From positions 128,001 through 192,000 of the forward strand of contig JBPOGH010000004.1 of the NCBI GenBank assembly GCA_051252135.1: a stretch of DNA of 64,000 nt, given 5' to 3'. A program made the translations under genes and the position numbers. The notes below the pieces were generated by a model that was not told the origin of the DNA, made no database searches, and worked only from the letters and a program-made list of their open reading frames with translations. Of the stretch, positions 49,163 to 59,861 are shown piece by piece. Position 1 is the stretch's first letter, and each line of letters begins with the position of its first letter. The stretch is from Verrucomicrobiaceae bacterium (lineage in GTDB: Bacteria; Verrucomicrobiota; Verrucomicrobiia; Verrucomicrobiales; Akkermansiaceae).

Positions 49163-50245
49163 GTGAGCGACGTGTTGAAACTTTCCCCGCTTGATGAGAA
49201 ACATCGGGAGTTGGGCGGACGGATGATTTCCTTTGCCGGCTGGGAGATGCCGGTGATGTATTCCTCAATCATCGATGAGCATCTGGCGGTGCGATCGAAG
49301 GCGGGAATTTTCGACATTTCCCACATGGGGCAGGTTTTTGTGCGGGGCAAGGATGCGGAGGAATGGTTGGACGGGATGCTGACCAATGAAGTGGCGGTGC
49401 TGGAAGAGGGAGAGGCGCATTACACCTTTCTGCTGAATGAAGAGGGCGGGGTGATTGATGATTTGATTTTGTATCGGCTGGGTGAGGAGGATTTTTTGCT
49501 GGTGGTGAATGCCTCCTGTATTTCGAGGGATCTGGAATGGCTGGCGAAGCATTTGGAAGGAAAGGTGGAGGTGGAGAATGTGAGCGAGGGGTGGGCCGGG
49601 CTGGCGGTGCAGGGGCCGGAAGCGTCGGAGATCTACACGCGGGTCACGGAGGGGAGAACGCTGCCCTCGCGGAACCATGTTGATGATTTGACGATGATGG
49701 GGCACCGGACGTTTGTGTGCCGCACGGGATATACCGGCGAGGATGGCTTTGAGTTGTTTTGTCCATCGGGGCAGGCGAAATCGTGGTGGCAGAGTTTTGT
49801 GGATGAAGGGGTGGTTCCGTGCGGATTGGGAGCGCGTGATACGCTGCGGCTGGAGATGTGTTATCCGCTGAATGGCTCGGATCTGACGACGGAGCGGACG
49901 CCGCTGGAGGCGGGGTTGGGATTTTTTGTGGCGTTGGAGAAGGGAGAGTTTGTGGGGGGCGAGGTGCTTCGGCAGCAGAAGGAAAAAGGGCCGAAGCGGC
50001 GGCTGATGGCGATCAAGATGGATGGTCCCGGAGCGCCTCCGAGGCCGGGATATCCGGTGATGGATCGCAAGGGATATCCGATCGGGGTGTTGACCTCGGG
50101 CGGGATGTCGCCCTCTCTTGGCGAAGGGATAGGGATGGCCTACCTTCCGGTGGAAGAGGTGAAGATCAATACGCCGGTAGGGATTGAGGTGCGCGGGAAG
50201 ATTCTCCCGGCAAAAGTGGTGAAAAAGCCTTTCTATCGGAAATAA
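49163..50245 (+). CDS. gcvT: Glycine cleavage system aminomethyltransferase T
   Basis: FAGWEMPVMY, FDISHMG, RTGYTGEDGFE, GLGARDTLRLE. Confidence 0.97.
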   Translation: MSDVLKLSPLDEKHRELGGRMISFAGWEMPVMYSSIIDEHLAVRSKAGIFDISHMGQVFVRGKDAEEWLDGMLTNEVAVLEEGEAHYTFLLNEEGGVIDDLILYRLGEEDFLLVVNASCISRDLEWLAKHLEGKVEVENVSEGWAGLAVQGPEASEIYTRVTEGRTLPSRNHVDDLTMMGHRTFVCRTGYTGEDGFELFCPSGQAKSWWQSFVDEGVVPCGLGARDTLRLEMCYPLNGSDLTTERTPLEAGLGFFVALEKGEFVGGEVLRQQKEKGPKRRLMAIKMDGPGAPPRPGYPVMDRKGYPIGVLTSGGMSPSLGEGIGMAYLPVEEVKINTPVGIEVRGKILPAKVVKKPFYRK

Positions 50246-50267
50246 GAAATCGTTAGTTTCCAAGCAG

Positions 50268-50642
50268 ATGACCATTCCTGACAATTGCCGTTACACCCCG
50301 GACCATGAGTGGGTCCGTCTACAAGGAGAGATCGCGACGGTGGGGATCACCGATCACGCGCAGGCGGAACTGAGTGATGTGGTTTTTGTGGAGCTTCCCG
50401 ATTTGGGCGACATTGAGAAGGCGTCGCCGGTTGGGGTAGTGGAGAGTGTGAAGGCGGCGAGTGATATTTACGCGCCGATTTCGGGGGAGATCATTGAGAT
50501 CAATCTCGATCTGGTGGCTGATCCGGCGAAGATCAATACGGACCCTTATGACACGGGTTGGATTTTCAAGATGCGCGTGACCGACAGTTCCCAGTATGAC
50601 GCGATGATGGATGCTTCATCCTATCGGGGAGTCGTGAGATAA
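50268..50642 (+). CDS. gcvH: Glycine cleavage system H protein
   Basis: [24 protein letters not shown] lipoyl-Lys motif. Confidence 0.97.
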   Translation: MTIPDNCRYTPDHEWVRLQGEIATVGITDHAQAELSDVVFVELPDLGDIEKASPVGVVESVKAASDIYAPISGEIIEINLDLVADPAKINTDPYDTGWIFKMRVTDSSQYDAMMDASSYRGVVR

Positions 50643-50649
50643 TTTCGTT

Positions 50650-53466
50650 ATGTCCGCACCGTTTGTCCAACGTCACATCGGGTCCCCGAGCGACGGGCGA
50701 CAGGCCTTATTCGAAAAGGTTGGTTTTTCGGATTTGGATAGCCTGATTGCGGGGGTTGTTCCGGCGGAGATTTTTTGGAAGGAGGGGCCGGAGCTGCCGG
50801 GGGCGCTGACGGAGACGGAGGCACTGGGGCAGTTGAGGGGAACGCTTGGAAAGAACAAGGTTCTGAAGTCGTTTATCGGGCAGGGGTATTCGGGGACGAT
50901 TACGCCGCCGGTGATTCAGCGGAACATTCTGGAGAATCCGGGATGGTATACGGCTTATACGCCGTATCAGCCGGAGATTTCGCAGGGGCGGCTGGAAGCG
51001 TTGTTGAATTTTCAAACCCTGATCACGGAATTGACGGGGATGGACGTGGCGAACGCGTCGTTGCTGGATGAGGGGACGGCGGCGGCGGAGGCGATGAGCC
51101 TGGCGCTGACGATGAAGCCGAAGGGGACGGTGTTTTGGGTGGATGAGGAATGTCATCCGCAGACGATTGAGGTGGTGAAGACGCGGGCGGAGCCGTTGGG
51201 GATTGAGGTGAGGGTGGAGGATATTGATGACTTTACGGGTGATGAGGGGTTGATTGGGGCGTTGGTGCAGTATCCGTCGACGCTGGGCGAAGTACGAGAT
51301 TTCACGGAGTTCGCGGAGAAGGTGCATGAGGCGAAGGGGAAGCTCATTGTGGCGGCGGATCTGCTGGCGCTGATGCTGCTGAAGACGCCGGGTGAGATGG
51401 GGGCGGATATTTGTGTGGGGTCGAGTCAGCGCTTTGGGGTGCCGATGGGTTTTGGGGGTCCGCATGCGGCGTTTATTTCTTGTGTGGATGCCTTGAAGCG
51501 GAAGCTGCCGGGGCGGCTGGTGGGGGTGTCGATTGATTCGCAGGGGAATCCGGCTTACCGGCTGTCGCTGCAAACGCGGGAGCAGCATATCCGGCGGGAC
51601 AAGGCGACGTCGAACATCTGCACGGCGCAGGTGTTGTTGGCGGTGATGGCATCGATGTATGCGGTGTATCACGGTCCGGAAGGGTTGCTGGACATTGCGC
51701 TGGATACGGCGGACCGGATGCGGCGTTTGGTGGAGGGGTTGGAGGAGAAGAACTATGAGATCGTGACGGGATATTATTTCGACACGGTGACGGTGGATTG
51801 CGGGGAGAAGGCGGCGAAGGTGATCGCGGCAGCGGTGGAGCGGGGATACAACCTGCGGGACTTTGGGGATGGGTGTGTGGGGATCGCCTTTGATGAGACC
51901 ACGACGGAGCGTGATCTGCGGCAGATTTGCAAAGTGTTCGGGGTGAGGCCGGGAACCGGTGGCGGGTTGGGATTTCCGAAGGAGCTGTTGCGTAAGGGCG
52001 GGTATCTTTCGCAGGAGGTGTTTCATTCGTATCGGACGGAGACGGAGATGATGCGTTATTTGCATCGGTTGGAGGCGCGTGATTTGGCGTTGAATGAATC
52101 GATGATTCCGTTGGGGTCGTGCACGATGAAGTTGAATGCGGCGGCGGAGATGATGCCGGTGAGTTGGCCGGAGGTGTCGCAGCTGCATCCTTTTGTGCCG
52201 GAGGATCAGAGCGAGGGTTATCGCGAGATGTTGGGGGAGCTTTCGGATTGGCTGGCGAAGATCACGGGGTTTGCGGCGGTTTCGCTTCAGCCGAATGCGG
52301 GGTCGCAGGGTGAGTATGCGGGGTTGTTGGCGATCCGGTCGTATCATTTGGCCCGAGGCGACGAAGGGCGGAAGGTGTGTCTTATTCCGACATCGGCTCA
52401 CGGGACCAATCCGGCATCAGCGGTGATGGCGGGATTTCAGGTGGTGCCGGTGGGTTGTGATGAGGCGGGGAATATTGATGCGGTTGATCTGAAGGCGAAG
52501 ATTGAGGCGCACGGTGATGCGTTGGGTGCATTGATGATTACGTATCCTTCGACCCATGGAGTTTATGAGGAGGGGGTTCGGGAAATTTGTGCGGCGATTC
52601 ATGAGGCGGGCGGCCAGGTCTACATGGATGGGGCGAACATGAATGCGCAGGTGGGGGTGACGAGTCCGGGTCTGATTGGGGCGGACGTGTGTCATTTGAA
52701 TCTGCATAAGACGTTTTGCATTCCGCATGGAGGCGGAGGTCCGGGGGTGGGGCCGATCGGGGTGGCGGCGCACCTGGTGGAGTTTTTGCCGGGGCATGGT
52801 GCGTTGGCGGGGAGTGAGAACGTGGTGTGTTCGGCTCCGTGGGGGAGTGCGTCGATCAATGTGATTTCCTGGATGTATGTGGCGATGATGGGTGCGGAGG
52901 GATTGAAGGAGGCGACAGAGGTGGCGATTCTGAATGCCAACTACGTGGCGAAGCGGTTGGGTGAGGCGTATCCGATTCTTTACAAGGGGCGGAACGGATT
53001 GGTGGCTCACGAGTGCATCATTGATATTCGGCCGCTGACGAAAGAGAGCGGGGTGACGGTGGAGGATGTGGCGAAGCGCTTGATTGATTATGGTTTTCAC
53101 GCGCCGACGATGAGCTGGCCGGTGGCGGGGACGTTGATGATTGAGCCAACGGAGTCGGAGTCGATTGAAGAGCTGGATCGCTTTTGTGAGGCGATGTTGG
53201 CGATTTATGGCGAGATTCAGGAGATCATTTCAGGTGAGGCCGACCGGGAGGACCATGTTTTGCGCAATGCGCCGCATACGGCGGAGATGGTGATTCGGGA
53301 TGAGTGGGCGCATCCGTATTCGCGGGAGAAGGCGGCCTTTCCGGTGGCGCGATTAAGAAGGCACAAGTTCTGGCCAGTGGTGGGTCGGGTCGATAACGTC
53401 CACGGGGACAGGAACCTTGTGTGCACCTGCGATACCGTTGAGAATTATGCCCGACCTACCGAGTAA
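50650..53466 (+). CDS. gcvP: Glycine dehydrogenase (decarboxylating), single chain
   Basis: [52 protein letters not shown]. Confidence 0.98.
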   Translation: MSAPFVQRHIGSPSDGRQALFEKVGFSDLDSLIAGVVPAEIFWKEGPELPGALTETEALGQLRGTLGKNKVLKSFIGQGYSGTITPPVIQRNILENPGWYTAYTPYQPEISQGRLEALLNFQTLITELTGMDVANASLLDEGTAAAEAMSLALTMKPKGTVFWVDEECHPQTIEVVKTRAEPLGIEVRVEDIDDFTGDEGLIGALVQYPSTLGEVRDFTEFAEKVHEAKGKLIVAADLLALMLLKTPGEMGADICVGSSQRFGVPMGFGGPHAAFISCVDALKRKLPGRLVGVSIDSQGNPAYRLSLQTREQHIRRDKATSNICTAQVLLAVMASMYAVYHGPEGLLDIALDTADRMRRLVEGLEEKNYEIVTGYYFDTVTVDCGEKAAKVIAAAVERGYNLRDFGDGCVGIAFDETTTERDLRQICKVFGVRPGTGGGLGFPKELLRKGGYLSQEVFHSYRTETEMMRYLHRLEARDLALNESMIPLGSCTMKLNAAAEMMPVSWPEVSQLHPFVPEDQSEGYREMLGELSDWLAKITGFAAVSLQPNAGSQGEYAGLLAIRSYHLARGDEGRKVCLIPTSAHGTNPASAVMAGFQVVPVGCDEAGNIDAVDLKAKIEAHGDALGALMITYPSTHGVYEEGVREICAAIHEAGGQVYMDGANMNAQVGVTSPGLIGADVCHLNLHKTFCIPHGGGGPGVGPIGVAAHLVEFLPGHGALAGSENVVCSAPWGSASINVISWMYVAMMGAEGLKEATEVAILNANYVAKRLGEAYPILYKGRNGLVAHECIIDIRPLTKESGVTVEDVAKRLIDYGFHAPTMSWPVAGTLMIEPTESESIEELDRFCEAMLAIYGEIQEIISGEADREDHVLRNAPHTAEMVIRDEWAHPYSREKAAFPVARLRRHKFWPVVGRVDNVHGDRNLVCTCDTVENYARPTE

Positions 53467-53989
53467 CTTTTCCGTTCCCGAGTGGAAGACCTGGAAGCCT
53501 GAGATTGAAGCGACGCTTTTGTTTATTCACCAGGGAAGCCGGGTGCTTCTGATTGAGAAGCTGCGGGGCATCGGGGAGGGGAAGATCAACGGGCCGGGAG
53601 GAAAGATTGATCCGGGTGAGACGCCGCTGGAGTGCGCGGTGAGGGAGGTGCAGGAGGAGTTGCACATTACGGCGCTGGATCCGGTGAAGCGGGGGGAGCT
53701 TTGGTTTGTGATGTCCGATCTGCCGGACATTCACTGTCATGTTTATACCGCGACGAAGTACGAAGGGACTCCGACTGCGACGGATGAGGCGATTCCTTAC
53801 TGGTGCGAGATCGCGGATATTCCTTTCGACAAGATGTGGGAGGACGATTCCTACTGGTTGCGCGAGGCGCTGGAAGGGCAGACCTTTGATGCGCGGTTTC
53901 TTTTTGAGAATGAGAAGATTCTCTGGGACGAGGTGGTCTTCGGGGAGGAATCGGCGAAGCGGTGGCGGGATTTCGATTTACTTAGTTGA
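53447..53989 (+). CDS. NUDIX hydrolase (8-oxo-dGTPase/MTH1-like)
   Basis: [25 protein letters not shown]udix box; MWEDDSYW. Confidence 0.9.
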   Translation: MPDLPSNFSVPEWKTWKPEIEATLLFIHQGSRVLLIEKLRGIGEGKINGPGGKIDPGETPLECAVREVQEELHITALDPVKRGELWFVMSDLPDIHCHVYTATKYEGTPTATDEAIPYWCEIADIPFDKMWEDDSYWLREALEGQTFDARFLFENEKILWDEVVFGEESAKRWRDFDLLS

Positions 53990-54175
53990 ATTGAATTGGA
54001 ACCGCAGATGAACAGGATGGAGGGGATGGCTTGGTTGGGGGGAGAAGATTTTTCACCACAGAATGAGCGGAAGGAGCAGAAGCAGGTCGACCGCAGGGCA
54101 TAGGTCTACTTGGTTGAATTGGATTAGAACCGCAACCGGAACGGAGTGGATCCGGAGTGAGGTGGAGATGGTCTC

Positions 54176-54985
54176 TTAGAATGACCAGTTGGCGAGGGCG
54201 GCGCGAAGCTGGTCCCGGTGGTCTCCATTGAAGGGCTCGTGGAGGGCGTCGGGGATTTCGCAGTAGGTGACTTTTCCGGAGGGGAGTTTGTCGAGTTGTT
54301 GACGGAGGAGTTCGGGAGGGCAGATGGGGTCGGCTCCGCCCTGGGTGAAGAGGGCAGGGCGGTCGGTGGGAAGGGAGAGGAAGGCTTGTTGGACTTCGTT
54401 GGCAGCGTTGATGAGATCGAGGGCCCAGCCGAGGGAAATTTTGCTGTGGTAGAGGGATTCTTCTGACGATGGAGTGTCGTTTGAGACGGGGCGGCATTGT
54501 TCGGCTTTGACTCCGGTGGACCAGGTGATCCAGGGGAAGAGGCGGGCGACGAGGGGGAGGATGGTGCGCATCCAGGGGGTGCCTTGGCGGGCGGGGTCGA
54601 GGATGGGGGAGCTGAACCAGGCGAAGGCGAAGTGATCCGGGTTTTGCAGGTAGGCTCTGAGGGCGAGGAGTCCGCCCATGGAGTGGCCGGCGATGCCGAC
54701 GGGGCCAGAGACGTTTTCGAGGGTGTTGGCGAGGAGGGAGTCGACGAAGGGGAAGCCGGGGATGTGTCCTCTTTTCCCGGGGGATTGGCCGTGGCCGGGG
54801 AGGTCGATGAGGATGCAGGTGACGCCTTTTTCAACGAAGATTTCGAGGGTGTCGGGGTAGCGGTCGATGAAATCGCCTTGGCCGTGGAAGAAGACGAGGG
54901 TGGCTTTTGACGTGCCCTCGGGGCGGAGGATCAGGCGGTGGAGATGATAGCCGAGGTGGCAGACGGTGGTTTGCTCAAGGATCAT
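54176..54985 (-). CDS. Alpha/beta hydrolase (lysophospholipase-like)
   Basis: HGQGD, DLPGHGQS.G, GHSMGG, D..C, LHE. Confidence 0.9.
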   Translation of the reverse strand: MILEQTTVCHLGYHLHRLILRPEGTSKATLVFFHGQGDFIDRYPDTLEIFVEKGVTCILIDLPGHGQSPGKRGHIPGFPFVDSLLANTLENVSGPVGIAGHSMGGLLALRAYLQNPDHFAFAWFSSPILDPARQGTPWMRTILPLVARLFPWITWSTGVKAEQCRPVSNDTPSSEESLYHSKISLGWALDLINAANEVQQAFLSLPTDRPALFTQGGADPICPPELLRQQLDKLPSGKVTYCEIPDALHEPFNGDHRDQLRAALANWSF

Positions 54986-55812
54986 CGCGGGATGGTCAGC
55001 ATGAGTTCTTCGACGAGGGTGGCGTCCTCAGGGCGGTTGGCCTTGGAGAAGGATAGGTGGAGGTTGGCGAGGACGCGGCGGAGCATGTCGGTGAGGGTGC
55101 AGGGTTGCTTGAGTGCTGCGCGGGCTTCTTTAGAAATCTCGGGGTGATCCTTGAGGAGCATGCGGACGGGAGTGACGCGGCCGCTGTGGAAGGGGTCGAT
55201 GAGGGTGGGGACGCCATCGTGTGAGATGAAGGCGAGGAAGTGGCCGGGGTAGTTGCAGCCGAAGATGGGGAGTTCGAGGCGTTGGCCGACGAGCATGTAG
55301 ATGAGGCAAAGGCCGAGGGGGTTGCTTTCGCCCTGGTCGATGCACCAGGCGAGGTCGGAGTTGAGGATGTTGAAGGGGGTGAGGCGGTTGCCGACGAGCT
55401 TGTTGCTTTTGAAGAGGTGTTCGGCGAGTTCCATGGGGGTGGAGACGGTGGGGCGGGCGGCGTCGGCGAGTAGGTCGAGCTCGTCGGAGAGGGACTGGCG
55501 GATGGTGACGCCATCGTGAAGGAAATCGGAGAGGAGGCGGAGGAGGCCTTCGAGTGATTCCCAGTCGCCATCGATGGCATCGAGCCGGGTGCTGGGGAAC
55601 GCCCACTCGTCGCGAAGGATTTTTTGGCGACCGGGGTGGAGGGCTTGAGAGAGGAGGCGGGCTTGCTTGGGCTTGAGGCGGAGGCCGGCGGCGGCGAGGG
55701 CATCGGAGGCGTCGCCATTGAAATCGAGAAGGGCGGTTTCGACAGCCTGCTGGACTTCCTCGTTCTCGTCATCGAGGAGGGCAATGAGGGAGTTGATCCG
55801 GGCGACAGGCAT
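54982..55812 (-). CDS. SirB1/transglutaminase-like protein
   Basis: SLIALLDDE, GNR...NSDL, NPLGLCLIY, NYPGHFL, IDPFHSG, RRVLANL. Confidence 0.8.
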   Translation of the reverse strand: MPVARINSLIALLDDENEEVQQAVETALLDFNGDASDALAAAGLRLKPKQARLLSQALHPGRQKILRDEWAFPSTRLDAIDGDWESLEGLLRLLSDFLHDGVTIRQSLSDELDLLADAARPTVSTPMELAEHLFKSNKLVGNRLTPFNILNSDLAWCIDQGESNPLGLCLIYMLVGQRLELPIFGCNYPGHFLAFISHDGVPTLIDPFHSGRVTPVRMLLKDHPEISKEARAALKQPCTLTDMLRRVLANLHLSFSKANRPEDATLVEELMLTIPR

Positions 55813-55880
55813 GGGAGGGGTGAAGGCGTGGCAAAGGATAGAGCGAGAGTGGGGGATTTGCAAAGGGGGATCGCGGGGAT

Positions 55881-55912
55881 AAAAAAAAGGGCTGCAGAAA
55901 TCTGCAGCCCTT
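55881..55912 (-). terminator. Intrinsic terminator after tRNA-Val
   Basis: Minus strand AAGGGCTGCAG-ATTT-CTGCAGCCC followed by T8. Confidence 0.85.
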
Positions 55913-55923
55913 CGGGAAAGAGA

Positions 55924-55998
55924 TGGTGCTCGACGCTGGATTTGAACCAGCGACCCCCACAATGTCAATGTGGTGCTCTACCCCTGAGCTAGCCGAGC
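55924..55998 (-). tRNA. tRNA-Val(GAC)
   Basis: GCTCGGC TAGCTCAGGGGTAGAGCA CCACA TTGACAT TGTGG GGGTC GCTGG TTCAAAT CCAGC GTCGAGC ACCA; full cloverleaf with encoded CCA; upstream TTGCCA-N17-TAGCCT. Confidence 0.97.
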
Positions 55999-56151
55999 GT
56001 TTTTTGAGGTGGGCGGAGGCTAGGAGTGATCGGCGGGGCTGGCAACCCAAAATTTTGAGGAATCTTGTTGTGGGGCGGGGTGTTTGGGGTTGGGAGATGC
56101 TTTTGGGCTTTTTCCCTTCTCTCGGGGGGATTCTGCTGCGAGCTTTTTGCG

Positions 56152-57303
56152 ATGAAACTTTTGATCCCTTTCTTTGCTCTCTCGATGGGTGTGGCGCAGG
56201 CCTACAAGCCGACGACGATCACGACAGGAACCCAGGCTCCTGATTTTTCGCTGAAGGCGACGGACGGGAAGAGGTATACCTTGAAGGATTTTTCGGGAGG
56301 GAAGGCGCTGGCGGTGATTTTTACGACGAACCATTGTCCGGATGCGATCACGTCGCATGACCGGATGGTGGCGTTGGTGGATCATTTTGAGGGCAAGGAG
56401 GTGAAGTTTGTGGCGATCAACAGCAATTCTCCGGAGGGTCTGCATCCGCCGGAGTTGGGGTGGACGATTTATGATGATGGGTTCGAGGACATGGTGCGGA
56501 TTGCGAAGGATCAGAAATTCAATCTGCCTTATCTTTATGACGGGGAGACGCAGGAAGTGGCGAAGGCCTACGGGGCGGTGGCGACTCCGCACGTGTTTGT
56601 TTTCGATGGTGACCTGAAGCTGCGTTACGACGGGCGGATGGATAACGGTCGGCGGAGGGTGGGACCGGTGGAGAAGAACGAGGCGCGGGATGCGATTGAG
56701 GCGATCTTGGCGGGGAAGGAGCCGGCGGTGACGAAGACGCGTCCGGCGGGGTGTTCGACGAAGTGGAAGGAGAAGGCGGGGATGGTGGCCGATGAGGACC
56801 GGAAGTGGAAGGAGCAGCCGGTGACGGTGGAGCTGACGAAGGCGGCGGCGCTGCAGAAGCTGGTGGCGAACAAGGGGCGGACGGGGATGAGGTTGTTTAA
56901 TATTTGGTCGACGAGTTGTGGTCCTTGCGTGGCGGAGTTTCCGGATTTGGCGGCGATTTACCGGCAGTACTGCTGGCAGGAGTTTGAGTTTGTGACGATC
57001 AGTCTGGACCCGCCGGGGGACCTGGAGAAGGTGACGAAATTTCTGAAGCGCAATCAGGCGGGGTTGTCTCCGAAGACGAAGCCGTTGCTTGAGGAGGAAG
57101 GGCGGAAGACGAACCATTTCATCCTGGATGATGATACCGAGGAGATGGCGAAGGCGATTGATGCGGAATGGGATGGCGGGATGCCGTATACCTTTTTGGT
57201 AGGGCCGGAGGGGGAGGTTCTCTATCGGCACTCGGGTCAGATTGATCCGGTGGAGCTGAAGAAGGCGATTGTGAAACAGGTTTGGGCGAGCAACGCGGAG
57301 TAG
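56152..57303 (+). CDS. Secreted two-domain redoxin/thioredoxin-like protein
   Basis: Signal peptide; APDFSL, NHCPDA, ATPHVFVFD, GCSTKW; second domain WSTSCGPC...MPYT. Confidence 0.88.
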   Translation: MKLLIPFFALSMGVAQAYKPTTITTGTQAPDFSLKATDGKRYTLKDFSGGKALAVIFTTNHCPDAITSHDRMVALVDHFEGKEVKFVAINSNSPEGLHPPELGWTIYDDGFEDMVRIAKDQKFNLPYLYDGETQEVAKAYGAVATPHVFVFDGDLKLRYDGRMDNGRRRVGPVEKNEARDAIEAILAGKEPAVTKTRPAGCSTKWKEKAGMVADEDRKWKEQPVTVELTKAAALQKLVANKGRTGMRLFNIWSTSCGPCVAEFPDLAAIYRQYCWQEFEFVTISLDPPGDLEKVTKFLKRNQAGLSPKTKPLLEEEGRKTNHFILDDDTEEMAKAIDAEWDGGMPYTFLVGPEGEVLYRHSGQIDPVELKKAIVKQVWASNAE

Positions 57304-57311
57304 AAAAAACG

Positions 57312-57854
57312 ATGCACGACGATATTGAAAAAATACTGGTCGCCGAGGAGGTGATCGAGAAGCGGCTGGATGTGATTGCAGAGCGCATCACGGAGGACTT
57401 CCGGCATGAGGAGACGCTGCAGGTGGTGGCGATTTTGAAGGGGGCGTTGGTGTTTATGGCGGACCTGCTGCGGCGGGTGCCGCTGAAACTGGAGATCGAG
57501 TGCCTGAACGTGGCGAGCTACCACGGGGGGACGGAGTCGTCGGGGAAGGTGGACTTTTTGGATCACAAGCTTCCGGAGGTGAAGGGGCACACGGTGTTGT
57601 TGCTGGATGATATTCTGGATACGGGACGGACGCTGCAGGCGGTGTCGGCGAAGTTGCTGGAGATGGGGGCGAAGGAGGTGAAGACCTGCGTGCTGCTGTC
57701 GAAGGACAAGGTGCGGGCGGCGGATGTGGAGGCGGATTATTCGGCCTTCGAGATTGGTGATGAGTTTGTGGTGGGCTACGGGTTGGACTACGACGGGAAG
57801 TATCGCAATTTGCCGTATGTGGGGGTGCTGAGTCCGAAGGTTTTTGAGTCATGA
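57312..57854 (+). CDS. hpt: Hypoxanthine phosphoribosyltransferase
   Basis: ILKGALVFMADL, VASYHG, LDDILDTGRTL, FVVGYGLDY...RNLPY. Confidence 0.96.
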   Translation: MHDDIEKILVAEEVIEKRLDVIAERITEDFRHEETLQVVAILKGALVFMADLLRRVPLKLEIECLNVASYHGGTESSGKVDFLDHKLPEVKGHTVLLLDDILDTGRTLQAVSAKLLEMGAKEVKTCVLLSKDKVRAADVEADYSAFEIGDEFVVGYGLDYDGKYRNLPYVGVLSPKVFES

Positions 57855-58999
57855 AGTGTTCGATTGTGCGCGAGTTGGACTCGCTGGATGCGTTGATGCG
57901 CCAGCAGGGTCAGTTGAACTGTGCGGTGGTGCAGGGGCTTGATCTGACGAAGGCGGATCTGAACTGGAACGCGGTGTCGTGCGACGGTGCGATTTTTCTG
58001 GGGTGTTCGTTTCCGAAGGAAGTATCGGTTTGTGATTTGGCGGAGAAGGGGGCGATGGTGTTTCCGGCGTTTGCGGGATTGCCGTATAATTCGTATCGCT
58101 CGCGCCTTTATACGCGGGAGGAGCTGATGGAGGGATGGACGCCGGATTTTGACGGGAGTCTGGATAGGCAGATCTACGATCATTTTGTGGCGCACGGGAA
58201 GAAGAGTCCGGACATTGTGGAGGCTTTGGCGGAGCGGTTGCACGATCATGCGGTGGATGATGCGATGACGGATCTTTTGGAAGGTCGGGTGGAGGGGGAT
58301 GGCCGCAAGAAGGTGGTGGCGGTGATGGGCGGGCACGGGACGAGCCGGGCGGATGTGTGGTTTCGCAAGGTGGCGCATCTGACGCGGGCACTGACGCGCG
58401 AGGGATACTTTATTGCGACGGGCGGTGGCCCGGGGATGATGGAGGCGGGGAATCTGGGGGCGTATTTGGCGCGGGCGAGTGTGAAGGAGCTGGATGAGGT
58501 GCTGGATGATCTGGCGAGTGCTCCGGTTTATACGAGCGAGGGCTACATCGAGGCGGCGCAGCGGGTGATTGACCGGTTTCCGACGGGGCAGGCGAGTCTG
58601 GCGGTGCCGACGTGGTTCTACGGGCACGAGCCGACGAACATGTTTTCGCGTTATGTGGCGAAGTATTTTTCCAACAGCATTCGGGAGGATGGGTTGCTGG
58701 CGATTGCGCGGCACGGGATTGTCTTTTCACCGGGGAGTGCGGGGACGACGCAGGAGATTTTTCAGGATGCGACGCAGAATCATTACGCGACCTTTGGGGA
58801 CATCAGTCCGATGGTGTTTTTCAGCCGGGAGCGTTACACGAAGGAGTCGCAGATTTGGTTGTGCATCTCGCAGTTGGCGGAGGGGCGGGATTATGAGCGT
58901 TACCTTTGCCTAACCGACGAGGTGGAGGAGGCGGTGACGTTTATCAAGGAGCATCCGCCGGTGGAGAGCAACGGGTTGGCTCCTGCGGAGGTGGGATAA
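57851..58999 (+). CDS. LOG family (nucleotide-monophosphate nucleosidase/Rossmann-like) protein
   Basis: VMGGHG, TGGGPGMMEAGN, PTWFYGHEP, KYFSNSIRE, PGSAGTTQEIF. Confidence 0.85.
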   Translation: MKCSIVRELDSLDALMRQQGQLNCAVVQGLDLTKADLNWNAVSCDGAIFLGCSFPKEVSVCDLAEKGAMVFPAFAGLPYNSYRSRLYTREELMEGWTPDFDGSLDRQIYDHFVAHGKKSPDIVEALAERLHDHAVDDAMTDLLEGRVEGDGRKKVVAVMGGHGTSRADVWFRKVAHLTRALTREGYFIATGGGPGMMEAGNLGAYLARASVKELDEVLDDLASAPVYTSEGYIEAAQRVIDRFPTGQASLAVPTWFYGHEPTNMFSRYVAKYFSNSIREDGLLAIARHGIVFSPGSAGTTQEIFQDATQNHYATFGDISPMVFFSRERYTKESQIWLCISQLAEGRDYERYLCLTDEVEEAVTFIKEHPPVESNGLAPAEVG

Positions 59000-59073
59000 A
59001 AGAAAGGGCGGCGACCACCCGGTCACCGCCCTCGTGATCTTCTCAGATCACACACACACTCACTCTTGGAGAT

Positions 59074-59412
59074 TTAATTGGCCAAGATATCGATCCTACG
59101 TGGAGCAAGCTCCTGGCGTTTCACCAATTTGAGGGTGAGGACACCATTTTGGTGGGTTGCTTCGATCTTTGAGGGATCGAGGTCGTCATTGAGCTTCACC
59201 TGGAGTTGGTAGTCGCGGTCCTCCTCGCCGCCATCGAAGCGGCGTTCAGCGGTGAGGTTGAGGAGTCGATCCTCGACGTTGACGCTGAGGTTTTCGCGAG
59301 CCACGCCGGGGAGGAGGATGGAGAGTTCCAGTCCGTTCCCGTTGACGTTGGTGCGGAAGCGTGGGCGCTCGACAGGATATACTTTTTGTGGGGTATCGTT
59401 ATTTTCAGACAT
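59074..59412 (-). CDS. Hsp20/alpha-crystallin family protein
   Basis: LPGVARENLSVNVE...IEATHQNGVLTLKL. Confidence 0.9.
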   Translation of the reverse strand: MSENNDTPQKVYPVERPRFRTNVNGNGLELSILLPGVARENLSVNVEDRLLNLTAERRFDGGEEDRDYQLQVKLNDDLDPSKIEATHQNGVLTLKLVKRQELAPRRIDILAN

Positions 59413-59424
59413 GGTTTTCAGGGG

Positions 59425-59808
59425 TTAGGCGATATTGATGATACGGGTTTCGGGGGTCTCGGGCTCCGTTTTAGGGAAGGTGAGTTCGAGGATGCCATTT
59501 TCGAGTTTGGCGGTGATTCCGTCCTGGGCAACGGTCTCGGGCAGGGAGAGGGAGCGCTCGTAGGAGAGGTCCTGATCCTTGCTTTCAGCCTTCACGGTCA
59601 AGGTGTCCTCGGTCACCGAGAGGGTGACTTCATCCTTGTTGAAGCCGGGGATTTCGAGTCGGAGCCGGTAGGCTTCGTCGTCCTCGTAGCGGTAGGCTCC
59701 CGGTGCGCGGGTGGCAGGTGAGGGGCCGAAGCTGCGGAGGGTTTGACTGAGGAAGTCGTCGAGGTTTCCGAAGATTCTGTTGGTCATTGGATTGGATAGA
59801 TTGGTCAT
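59425..59808 (-). CDS. Hsp20/alpha-crystallin family protein
   Basis: EIPGFNKDEV...RSLSLP...ITAKLENGILELTFPK. Confidence 0.92.
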   Translation of the reverse strand: MTNLSNPMTNRIFGNLDDFLSQTLRSFGPSPATRAPGAYRYEDDEAYRLRLEIPGFNKDEVTLSVTEDTLTVKAESKDQDLSYERSLSLPETVAQDGITAKLENGILELTFPKTEPETPETRIINIA

Positions 59809-59845
59809 ATTCTTGGTTGTTTTTGGTTAACGTCTTCTTCCTATG

Positions 59846-59861
59846 GCAGGAAGCGGGCCAA
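59846..59861 (-). promoter_or_regulatory. Putative sigma-54 (-24/-12) promoter of the hsp20 pair
   Basis: Minus strand TTGGCCCGCTTCCTGC, GG-N10-GC spacing, close to TGGCACG-N4-TTGC, 37 nt above the ATG. Confidence 0.65.

Noticed and set aside
53995..54085. Degenerate purine-rich repeat-like tract (AACCGCAGATGAACAGGATG..., CACCACAGAATG...)
   Set aside because: Too degenerate to define a unit from this window alone
55860..56000. tRNA-Val as an integration site for a genomic island
   Set aside because: No duplicated tRNA 3' end or integrase seen; flanked by ordinary genes and a terminator
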